Shown here piece by piece: positions 1 through 10,575 of a stretch of 37,446 nucleotides of DNA. A program made the position numbers and the translations under genes. Within the stretch, counting starts at the first letter, position 1; each line of letters opens with the position of its first letter. Under the pieces are notes generated by a model. The model saw nothing but the letters and a program-made list of their open reading frames with translations, did no database searches and was not told the origin of the DNA. The stretch comes from Pelomyxa schiedti (Eukaryota; Protista; Evosea), in contig JAHLWZ010000445.1 of the NCBI GenBank assembly GCA_020536535.1, positions 1-37,446 on the forward strand, written 5' to 3'.

Positions 1-990
1 TGTCTTCCGAGCAACCGCTGCCTTCGCCTCAGTCCACGTACGAAATTTGACCAATAGTGGTCGGCAGAGTTTCACCTTCACCCTGCACAGTCTGTTAGTC
101 CTCCACTGTGCGAGTTTGTGGGAAGCTATTCGGATATATAGTCAAGATCCAAACGTACACTCGGCCACTTGGCGACAATGCCTTTTTAATCTGGGCCACC
201 GTGTGTCGTGTGTCACTCAAGCCGCGTACAATGACGTAACCACGTGGTATCGTTGTCTGTTGCACCGCACACGTGTCATCTCCCATTTTGCCAGCCCTTC
301 TTTTTTGTTATGTGTGGCATGTTTGACGTGACCGATCACCATAATCCCTGCTGTGTTGCCAAAAATTAGCCTAAAGTGTCATTTGATGGAAGGGTTTTAC
401 ACCCTTTTACAGGCCTGTTGTTTGAAAACGGTGTAGGGTGATTTACTCCCATCACACACATCAGAATTGTGGGAGCATTACACACGGCTTAGAGTGCACT
501 GTTTGGTGTGGGGGATGAGGTACGGGATTTCTTTGTGGATGTTGTGCCGGGTGTTGATTGTGGGTTTAGTTGTGGTCCTGCCGTGGTGATGGGAGGGAGT
601 GTGGGATTGGAAAGAGGAGGAGGCCTTTTATGAGGGAGTGATGTGAAGTTGGAGAAGAACGAAGAGTCATCCTCCTCGTCATTGTCACTACTGATACCAC
701 CACTGGCTGTTGAAGCGGTTGTTGCCTCACAAGGGGGCGTGTTTGTGGTGGGTGTTGTATGTGATTCGTTTGTTGTTGTGGCGGTGGAAGAGGTGGTGTC
801 ACTGGAGTGTGATTCCGCTGAACTTGTGGTTGCTGATGTGGAATTTGTTTGATGATTGTGGTGCATTGATGTGGTGCCCACGTTGGTTGGCGGTTGTGCC
901 AAGTTTTGATTGAGGATGCTTGTGATTGTATCGAAATCGGGTCTGACCTGTTGTTCTTGGTCCCAGCACTGATGGTAGACGAAGAAGAAA
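1..990. repeat. Near-identical copy of 2558..3550 (alternative haplotype / assembly bubble arm)
   Basis: 1..990 aligns to 2558..3550 with 11 substitutions and 2 small indels. The first mismatch is at base 122 and the last at base 869, so exactly 121 identical bases flank each end. The same 121-mer (2337..2457) ends the middle contig. This is a de Bruijn k=121 bubble signature. The copy holds the 3' tail exon of the GAF-TK gene (stop 489) and exon 1 of the RRM-TKL gene (ATG 286). Confidence 0.9.
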
Positions 991-1090
991 NNNNNNNNNN
1001 NNNNNNNNNNNNNNNNNNNNNNNNNNNNNNNNNNNNNNNNNNNNNNNNNNNNNNNNNNNNNNNNNNNNNNNNNNNNNNNNNNNNNNNNNN
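991..1090. other. Scaffold gap (100 N)
   Basis: Run of 100 N. Confidence 1.
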
Positions 1091-2843
1091 ATGAGATGTG
1101 TAGCACACATGTCAGTGAAAACCACATACATATCAGATTTTTTGGAAGCCGCACTGTTATTTTTGATCACTTCTGGTGGCATGTAGACAGCTAAAATAAT
1201 TTTAGTGGTCATGGCTTGTTGGACTATATTGAAAGAAGGCAAGTACTTGTGCCTCCCAGTGGTGCAGAGCTTCGAATGGAATCTTTACCGGGCAAGCAGA
1301 CCTCACTGGAACCGAAATCAGCAATCTAATTTTGCGGTGAGAGAAACCATAGCCCTTTCTTTTTTGTGTTGTATACTTTGAGGCGCCAGTCATTATCAAT
1401 GAGTAGATTACCAGGCTTGAGATCCCTGAAGGAATAAAAAAAAACCCACCAAAAAGAAAGGGGAGTGAGTCCCTCACCGGTGAACAATGTTTAGTACAGT
1501 GTCCAAGTAATACATTCCTCGGGCCTAGAGATTTGTGGGTCAATAGACTACAGTTGGGCATTATGTAACATACCAGGTCCCTTGACAGTGACAATCTTCT
1601 CAGACGTGAAAGCTCTCCACCAGGCATTTCAATCTTGAGTTTATCTGCAATTTTATCTGGACGATGCAAGACAGTGTCTAAATCACAGAGCATACAAGGA
1701 AATACTATAACAGCAGCCCGTGGTGTTGCAAACGCTCCTGCATTGTATGTTTGTTTAGTGACGAATGACACTTCTGTTGTACCAAGAAAATGCAAGACGT
1801 TGATGTGTCGGGTTTCCCTTGGTTTTATTAGAATTTGGTAGTGTGAGGGAGGAAGGGTATAATACATGTGCCTATAAACTTCTGAAAGGAAAATGGCTTT
1901 GGATATTACTTTTCGATTCACTACCTTGACAGCTGCAGGAGCCCCAAGGTATTTACCTGCGGGGAAAACTGAGTAAAAGCTTGTAAGGTACATTTAAATG
2001 TAAACCTTTATAAACATCTCCTGACACCCCGGAGCCAAGACGGTCAGTAATGTTATACTGAACATCGCTTTCCCGAAGGTTGACACTGGGCGGTAGTTCT
2101 GTTCCAGTGAAGTACCATGGAGCTGCAGGAGCAGCAGCACTGTCAACATCGTCTCCATCAGAACTCTCCTCGTCACTCATGGACTCATCAGCCAACTCAT
2201 CACTAGTACTACCATCTGATTCACCATCATCGCCACCTGACTCATTAACATCCTTCTCTGAGCCACTGGATCCCAAGTGCACAGTTAACACTCTTGTTAC
2301 AGGAACTCCGTTAGAATTTGTGGTCTCACAGCTGAATGTCTTCCGAGCAACCGCTGCCTTCGCCTCAGTCCACGTACGAAATTTGACCAATAGTGGTCGG
2401 CAGAGTTTCACCTTCACCCTGCACAGTCTGTTAGTCCTCCACTGTGCGAGTTTGTGGNNNNNNNNNNNNNNNNNNNNNNNNNNNNNNNNNNNNNNNNNNN
2501 NNNNNNNNNNNNNNNNNNNNNNNNNNNNNNNNNNNNNNNNNNNNNNNNNNNNNNNNNTGTCTTCCGAGCAACCGCTGCCTTCGCCTCAGTCCACGTACGA
2601 AATTTGACCAATAGTGGTCGGCAGAGTTTCACCTTCACCCTGCACAGTCTGTTAGTCCTCCACTGTGCGAGTTTGTGGAAAGCTATTCGGATATATAGTC
2701 AAGATCCAAACGTACACTCGGCCACTTGGCGCCAATGCCTTTTTAATCTGGGCCACCGTGTGTCGTGTGTCACTCAAGCCGCGTACAATGACGTAACCAC
2801 GTGGTATCGTTGTCTGTTGCACCGCACACGCGTCATCTCCCAT
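1091..2843 (-). CDS. RRM-like domain + acidic linker + TKL-type protein kinase (multi-exon, 3' end lost in gap)
   Basis: ATG at 2843 in caaaATGG context. Spliced kinase motifs: LGSGVSGDVYKG, AAVK, IVH|RDLKPGNLLID, IADFGS, YMPPE, KSD. The N-terminus YVIVRGLS..TVAQIKKALAPSGRV..LLVKFRTWTEAKAAVA..RVLTVHL fits the RRM pattern. The model crosses the second gap through the 121-bp overlap. Confidence 0.8.
2458..2557. other. Scaffold gap (100 N) between contigs that overlap by 121 bp
   Basis: 2337..2457 is identical to 2558..2678, so the gap is spurious. Confidence 0.95.
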
Positions 2844-3048
2844 TTTGCCAGCCCTTCTTTTTTGTTATGTGTGGCATGTTTGACGTGACGGATCATCATA
2901 ATCCCTGCTGTGTTGCCAAAAATTAGCCTAAAGTGTCATTTGATGGAAGGGTTTTACACCCCTTTTACAGGCCTGTTGTTTGAAAACGGTGTAGGGTGAT
3001 TTACTCCCATCACACACACATCAGAATTGTGGGAGCATTACACACGGC

Positions 3049-6000
3049 TTAGAGTGCACTGTTTGGTGTGGGGGATGAGGTACGGGATTTCTTTGTGGAT
3101 GTTGTGCCGGCTGTTGATTGTGGGTTTAGTTGTGGTCCTGCCGTTGTGATGGGAGGGAGTGTGGGATTGGAAAGAGGAGGAGGCCTTTTATGAGGGAGTG
3201 ATGTGAAGTTGGAGAAGAACGAAGAGTCATCCTCCTCGTCATTCTCACTACTGATACCACCACTGGCTGTTGAAGCGGTTGTTGCCTCACAAGGGGGCGT
3301 GTTTGCGGTGGGTGTTGCATGTGATTCGTTTGTTGTTGTGGCGGTGGAAGAGGTGGTGTCACTGGAGTGTGATTCCGCTGAACTTGTGGTTGCTGATGTG
3401 GAATTTGTTTGATGATTGTGGTGCATTGGTGTGGTGCCCACGTTGGTTGGCGGTTGTGCCAAGTTTTGATTGAGGATGCTTGTGATTGTATCGAAATCGG
3501 GTCTGACCTGTTGTTCTTGGTCCCAGCACTGATGGTAGACGAAGAAGAAATTGAGTATTCAGAAAGGGTTGAGAAAGAGTGAAACCTTGAGCATCAGTTG
3601 GTACATGAACTCCGGAGTGTTGGGGGGTTGGGGTAGCCGGTAGCCTCTCTCAATTTCCGATATTATTTCAGCTGCACGCATGGGCTTATAAGGCGACTTG
3701 CCGCCGCTGTACATTTCCCACAGAAGCTGGGGTTCGTTCAGATGTCTGTCAGGGGTGGGTAGAATACCACTTACAACGCCAAAGCTCCAGACATCACTCT
3801 TCTTGGTCGTGATGCAATGCTGCAGGGTTTCTATCGACGCCCAAGGAACTGACGCATTTCGCATAGTGTTATTATTGCCAGGGCTGAGAACCTTCACACT
3901 GAGTCCAAAATCTGCAATCTTTAAGAGGTTAAATTTACCGTGGTTAAAAGGCAGTTACTAACCTTAAGTTGCATCCCTTTGCTGAAGAAAGTATGGAAGT
4001 ATTGTGAACGAAATTATGCCATCAAAGAATTGAAACTACCTCCCACTCATGCAAAATAAAATGTTTCCTGGGTGATGGAGAAAATGAACGTTAAAATCAG
4101 TAACAAGAAGGCATACTGGCGGCAAGGTCTCTGTGCCAAGATTAAGTCAAAATCCAGTTGCATTTGAGATACCTGTGGAGAATCGAGTTTCTGTGAAGAT
4201 ATGCCATTCCACAAGATATATCTCTTTACATTCGATCACTTAGGGAAAAAACGAACTTTTGGCAACATTGAAAAGTCAAGGAGCGTAGTAAACTGTTGCT
4301 CTTCTGTCCTCAAGTAGTTTAGTAGACAGCCATCCGCCAATTCTAGTCCGGTGTATTGTTTGTTATATTTAAGCTTAATATTTACGTTGGAATATTTGTT
4401 TACCAGTGACAAGGGAGAGATGTGCATCCACCATTGAAAGTCCGTAAAACTGTGCCGCAATAAGAAAAAAAAAGACTCATAGCAGCATCAGAAATAACCT
4501 GAATGATATTTGGATGACATAGTTGACTAAGGAGAGAAGCTTCGCTTAGAAGATCGGGCATATTGGTTACTTGAAAAACTTGTTTCACGGCAACAGGTGT
4601 GGTTCCTTCCCAATTACCCCTGTACACCTATGTGCAGTTACTTTCCCGAGGAAAAATTGGAAAAGAAATACCACTCCGAAGGCACCCTGCCCAAGTACAT
4701 TGCTGGTCATCACACCGTTGATCATCAACTTTTTAAATGACACTTTGGATCTTGCAAGAAGTAGTTTCTCCAGGGACAAAGGAGAGAGGCCCAGCTTTTC
4801 AAATCGGTCCCTATTTGATTGTTCATATTGAGAGGAACTTTGCAACGAACAACTTTGGTAACTGCTGCATGTCTCGTACAGTGACTTGGTTGTGCGAAAG
4901 CAAGTCTATGTAACTTTCCAGGCCATACTCTGAGAGTGCTTCTTTGGAGACAACTGTACAGAATTCTTATGGATGAGGAAGGCGTGTGTATAAACCTTCA
5001 GTTTCTGTGGGAGTGGAATTGTTCGGTACAATACTTCCAGTTAAATCAGTTTTGCCAGAGGGTGGTAGAGGTAGCGTAGATAGAGAGCCTGTTTCCTGAG
5101 TGTGCAGATGTGCTGGGGGTACTTGATGAACTATCAGGTTGGGGTTGGCCCCCCCACAATCAATGGAGCAGCATTGACAGCCTGTCCTATCCTTTCGACC
5201 TTCAGGAATTTGACCAACAATGCTTGAAGAGCTCGTGCAAGGTGACGTTGCAGACATTGCAGAAGAAAGGGTTTCTGGTGCTGTGTTGGACATTACGGAA
5301 AGGGTTTGAGAGGCTGTAAGTTGAGTGAGTGTTTGTTTCATTTTTGTGTAAATTGCTGTGTTTTTCAGGATGCCCCCAATAGAATTTGCAACAAGCTCAA
5401 CCAGGTCAATTACTTCTGGTGTGAATTTATTTGGCTCATAATCAGCAAGCTGTGGCACACGGGCGTTATTTTGAACAATAAGAAACAGTACACACGCACG
5501 TGAATGAGGCCAATAGCTCTTGTTTCAACAAATATCGGTACTAGTAGTATTGATAAAAACTTTTCCTTTAGGCACACCCCACGAATTTTACATCCTGTGT
5601 TTGTTACCTACGACAGATAAATTACTTCACATTTGAAATGAGTTGAGGGACTTGATTACCACATCGAGGTCCAATGAAGAATCTCCATTGTTAGTTACAA
5701 ATGAACCGCGGTGTGAGAACCAAGGTCGCCCAGGTTCTGTTATGCCAAGGATAACTGTTCCACACCTTGAGATTTATAGTTTATTTGTGTTCCCTCTTTG
5801 GATAAGATGTACATGCAATCCAGTTGATAGGGTAATGAGGTTCCTACAAAGGTTGAGTTTCTCCCATGTTGCACATACACTTACCGCTATTAAGCATTCT
5901 CTTGCCATCAACACATTTTACAAGTGAATTTTCAGTCCTTAGAAAGTCGTCAGTGAATCCCTCACTACAGTAAAAAGGGAAGTTCCCACGGTCCACCAGA

Positions 6001-6775
6001 TCAAGCAGGCGAATGGCACCACTGTTGCACTTCTTGGGGGATTTTAGTTTGATGTGATTATTGATTACAATCAGAATACAGTATCTGATCGTAGCATGGA
6101 TAGACAAGTGCGTATTGACGAGTCAAGAGATGTACCCTTTGACTGCAGCTGGACAAGAATTAGCATTAGCTAACTCTAAATGAGGTTTGATACTAGTCAG
6201 ATACATACAGTAGCCTGATACACCCTAACTCTCCTCTCCATCTTAATCAGACCCTTCAGTCTCTGCACATCACGTATATCCTCTAAATCGAATCACAATT
6301 GCAGGGGAATTTATGCTGAAAAGCAAAAAAAAAAAAAAAAACTGCGCCCACCAATATCAATCACAGGCATCCTCGCACCCCTGCCGCCCCCACCCCCGCA
6401 TACTACACCCCCACCCCCACCACCACCACCACCCCCCCCGCACCCTCGGCTCCCGCCCACCCCATTGCCAACCAGCCCGGGGCCAGTCCCCACTATTATC
6501 ACCGTCGCCGTTGGGCCCCCTTCCCCCCCTCCTCCTGCCCCGCAGCTGCATGGCGACAGCCGCCCCGGGGCCGAGGGCGCTTTGCCACAGCAGCACCCTC
6601 CCCCTCCCCCTCTCGTTGCGCCCCCCGCGCCGCAGCACCCCCCTCCCGCTCCCGCTCCCACTGCCCCACTGGCTGCTGCTGTTGCGAGAGTGAGGGTTAG
6701 CGCCGTACACGGGCATTCCGCCCGCGTCCCTTCCCCCTCCCCCGTTGTGTGGTTGTTGGGGGGCGTTGTGGCCAT
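3049..6775 (-). CDS. Cytosolic GAF-SAM-tyrosine kinase with Gly/Cys-rich N-terminus and Ser/Thr-rich tail
   Basis: Spliced kinase: LGQGAFGV|VYRGNWEGTTPVAVK, H|RDLAA|RNIL, IADFGLS, SVPWASIE, KSDVWSFGV, GGKSPY, ERGYRLPQP, CWDQEQQVRPDF. SAM at about 4770-4950: LSEYGLESYIDLLSHNQVTVRDMQQLPKDRFEKLGLS. GAF at about 5362-6035, ending SILLVPIFVETRAIGLIH|LADYEPNKFTPEVIDLVELVANSIG. The splice linking exon 1 (ATG 6775) is less certain. Confidence 0.85.
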
Positions 6776-6890
6776 CTCGCTGAAGAAAATAATCAACTGT
6801 ATGGAAGGCTGAAATTTTCGTTATCGTCGCTCAGGATGGTGTGTTATGGTTGTAAAGAAAACACCACAAGGGAAAAAAAAAAAGCAAAAC
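6776..6890. promoter_or_regulatory. Putative bidirectional promoter (115 bp between divergent ATGs)
   Basis: Lies between ATG 6775 (-) and ATG 6891 (+); contains an A-tract. Inferred from gene layout only. Confidence 0.4.
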
Positions 6891-7256
6891 ATGGCGCATA
6901 GACCAGGCACACAAGAACAATATGTGGTAGAGTCTCAGTCTGCCACAAACTATTCCTCGGAGACTTTGACAACAGACACAACAGACACCATAGACAGGTG
7001 CAGTTGATCGCATTGTGGCAAGAGCTCCCACAACGGGTTGACGAGCAGAAGAAAGAGGCTGATGAACTACGTGCTAAACTTCACGCCGCAGAGGAACGTG
7101 CAAACCAGGGCTTTGTGTGCTATTATTTTCTCTATCGTGCTCATCACATACTGCTTCGACAACATAACACAGGCCAGTCGTTTTGGGTGGGTGCTCCAAG
7201 CACTCTTTGGTTATTCTTGTGTTGGCGGTGCTGGCAATAGCACCAAGGAAGACTGA
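6891..7256 (+). CDS. Small (~80 aa) coiled-coil protein of unknown function, 3 exons
   Basis: aaaacATG start. Two GT-AG introns join MAHRPGTQEQY|VQLIALWQELPQRVDEQKKEADELRAKLHAAEERANQGF|ASRFGWVLQALFGYSCVGGAGNSTKED*. No family recognised. Confidence 0.45.
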
Positions 7257-7355
7257 CAGTGAGAATGGCTTCGGCCCACCAGGATCTTCTTGGACAGAGA
7301 CAATTGTGGATAGAAAGTCATTTTTGCCAAATAAACACATTGTTGGTGATGGTGC

Positions 7356-10300
7356 TCAGGTTATTCTGAAAAGGGGAGCGGCAAGGGAATATGATGAGGG
7401 AATGCTGTTGGGGGGCTGCCTCAGAGGCGGTGCTATTGTGAGGTGGTGTGTGGGTGGTAGTAATGTGACACTGCTAGTACTACTGCTGGATGGTGGCATT
7501 GGGGACGAGGATGTGTTTGATGCGGTTCCGGGTGTTGGGGGATTGCCTGGTGTCATGGGTGTGATGTTGGAACCCATGGGATTGCTGTTATTATTATTTG
7601 TTGTGATTGGGGTGGTTCTGCCCAGTGGCTGCATGAGCGGGGGTGGGAGGATTGATGTGGCAACTGTGGTGGTTGTTGGGGTGGAGGGAGGATATGACGG
7701 GGTCAGGGACATATTATGCTGGTGCTGCAGGTCACTGGTCGATGTTCCGGTTGATGGTAGCTGGTGGAGTGGAGGCCCGGTCAGTATTGTGGTGTCTCCT
7801 ACTGCACAGGGGGGTGCTGTATGCCCCAGGCCGGTGAGAGGAAGCATGTGCAGCATTCTGTTGTTAAGATTATTTTTGTGTGAGGTTGGGTATGCTATTG
7901 GGATGCTTGCCTGGATGCGTAAGTTGTGGGGGGCTCTGTGCTCTTCCTGACAACTGGGTCATAATCCTAGAAAAACGCTTAGGAGGAAGGAGTTTTTGCG
8001 GGAGACAAACAAAGGCGTTCACAGCTTCCTTTTTGGAGTAGAACACTTCTAATACAACGGCTTTTGGATAGGATCGCAATTGCGGTCGCCCTTCTTGATC
8101 ACAACGGACCTGCAGTATTCTCGTCCACTGGGATTCATCCCCAATAAAGTCTGGAAGACTCTTTTTTGTACCAATGTCATCTGGCCTTGGTGGATTTTAT
8201 TACAAATTGTTATTTTGTACAAGGTACCTGACCAAGTAGTGTCCTGTGTCATCTGGTTTGGAACTAACTTTATAGCCAACGGCAAACATCCCAGGATGAC
8301 TCTCACTGAATCGTATTACGAAGGTACCAGGTTCCCGTGTTCGGAGGATATCATCAGTTTCTTCCCGAGTCAGGAATCCATATATCAATCTTTGTTTACA
8401 ATGAGTGGTAAAAATAACTGTTGGTGACATGAAACGGTACCCTTCTTTCCACATCTGGGAAATGTGTCTTTGGTAACGTACTCTTTGGAGAACCTTCCCA
8501 AACCAATTCCAAAAAGTGTCAAACTGTGCCTGGGATATCATTTTGCCTCCTAGTCAGATGTGAGTACAACTTAATGCTTTGTGTGTCCTAACCAAAGAAC
8601 TTGGTATGCAAGTAGTTCAGATCTAGAGGAGAAAGGCATCTTTCTGGGGAAGAAAAATCTTGCCGTGTCGAGCGGGCAAAGTGCAATTGGAGATGATTGG
8701 CAAACAGTGGCCATGGTATTTCCATCTTGTTTTGTATTAATCGAGAGTTTAGTACAAACGAGTCTTACACTTTGTCCAAAAGCAACTTTCTTGAGGAGTG
8801 TACCGTCACTTTCTTCATATTGACATTCATTGGTAATAACTACAAAGGGCTTAGATAGCTGACTTTCCAGTCCAACTGACCCCCCAACATAATCAGCTTT
8901 TCCAGTGAACCTTTGATGCTTTGTTAATATGTCAGTGGGAAGGACCTCAGCAAACTTTAGAAATGCAGGTGTTTTTCTTGTTCCTGCGGTCATTTTGAGT
9001 GTAAATGTAAACAGTCTCCTGGTTTCATCTGTTGTTCCACTCTCAACAGCTTTTTCACAGTTAAATCGTAAGTTGGAAACTTGTTGGATAAATACAAATC
9101 ATTCGGTGAGTTGGTACTTTCTGAGGGGTTGTTTCCAATATCGGTGTGACTTTGATATCGGAAATTGCTTTGAGTTGGTCGGTCGCTCCAGTGAGAAGTT
9201 CAACGGTTATAGGGGAGTCATCCAACACGCGATTCTTAGAAACGACACTGGGAAATTCTTGTTGTATGATAACGAGGGAAGCAAAACTGACGGTTCAAAA
9301 CCGTGAGAACTGTAGTGGCAAGAAAATTAAATTACCAAGATGGCTTTCCAGCTGCAGTGAGTGCTTGGCGCAGTTCATTAATATACAGTTGAAGTTGTGT
9401 ATTGTTTATAATAAGCTCCTGCTGCATAACAGTTATCTATAAACTGTTAGGGGTGCAAAGTAGGGATTGACTGCTTGCCTTTTGTAGTTCTGGTGGAGCC
9501 AAAAATTGGGATGAGTGTATATTAGTTATAGCTTCCATTATTTCTCTCAGGGTCTAATGAGTGAAGTTACATATGTGGTTTCCAACGTAAACCGTTACTT
9601 TTTCGAGTTCACATTGACTGCGAGCCAACCATTGGACTTCTTCTTGGTTGTTGGTCAAAAGTGCGTGTCTTTGCACCTGAAAAAGTTAATCTTTGAGTAA
9701 CTCTATTATAATTCTGACCTGGCCCATTCTCGCAATAGATTCTTTGCACGTTTCAAAATTTGAGAAAACTGTCTCCAATTGATCAACAGTTTGCCTTGAG
9801 AACAGCAAACCGGGAGGTATGTTCTTGAATGGCTGACGATATTGTGGAGAATTGGATGCTAGAAGACAAGGAGATGGTGAGAGCTGGTTGGAAGGTGGAA
9901 GTGGAGTGCTGATAGGTGTAGAAACGGGTGTTGAAACGGTTTGTGAAAAGTCAGTGGGACCCTGTCAATGTGAGATACTAGATACAGTAACAAAGGATGA
10001 GTATACCTCAAAAATTGTGTGCTGTATGTCTTCATGTGAAGTTATTGTTGGAGGGGTTATCAGTGGATCCTGGTTATAACTCCGTAAGAAAGAGAGGTTT
10101 TTTTTTTTTTTGCACACGACCTGTTGCAGGTAGTGCATCTGCTGATACTGTGGGTTGTTTTGAGTGGGCTGATATACAGGAGGCTGCTGCTGTGGCTGCT
10201 GCGTCACGTAGTCGTATGCAGCTTGAGATGCAGAATCAAGTGGGTTAAGTGCTTCAACACACGTTTAGCTCAAAATAATATAGGGCGGTACTTACTGTTA

Positions 10301-10575
10301 ATTGGTTGTTCATTTATCAGAAAGGACTCCCAATCACTAAAAGCAGGAAATCAGTCCTTAAAAAAAAAACCCGAAAACGGGTCTGGGAATGCACACTGGG
10401 ATAGCACTTTCATGAGTTCCTCTGGAGTCAAGTCTTGATAGTTCTCTCCAACAGGCCCGTTGTTGTTGTTTGCGCTGTTGATGGCATTCGCATCGGTGGC
10501 GCTGCCATCAACAACGACACCCATGTTGGGGTTCATTGTCATTGACGCGTACTGGTCGTGGTACATGGCAGACAT
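7356..10575 (-). CDS. STAT: STAT transcription factor (Dictyostelium STATa-like: DNA-binding, linker, SH2, predicted pTyr tail)
   Basis: QQEFPSVVSK..VELLTGA; AGTRK; SKPFVVITNECQ; FDTFWNWFGKVLQRVRYQRHISQMWKEG; SH2 GFLTREE..PGTFVIRFSESHPG..HYLV; KKSLPDF. Predicted DYDPV (Tyr codon 7963-7961) matches Dd-STATa GYEPL. The last exon (7857-7356) is joined by a GC-AG intron; without it the stop is at 7895. Confidence 0.92.

Noticed and set aside
1490-1560. Apparent pseudokinase motif HKSLGPRNVLL in ORF 1202..1993
   Set aside because: It comes from reading through an intron. Splicing gives DL|ARGMYYLDTVLNIVH|RDLKPGN and an intact DFG.
1-3550. Real tandem duplication producing a chimeric TKL gene that shares the TK C-terminal tail
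   Set aside because: Exact 121-bp shared ends at both sides of the copy, next to 100-N gaps, are what a k=121 graph bubble placed by a scaffolder looks like.
5737-5765. Alternative 29-nt intron giving LDCMYILSKEGTQINYKSQ|EPGRPW in the GAF domain
   Set aside because: The 47-nt intron 5812..5766 has a better donor (gtacat) and restores the family CMCG.VI.G motif.
5362-6035. Prokaryotic contamination as the source of the GAF domain
   Set aside because: The domain is interrupted by four GT-AG introns and is contiguous with eukaryotic SAM/TK exons.
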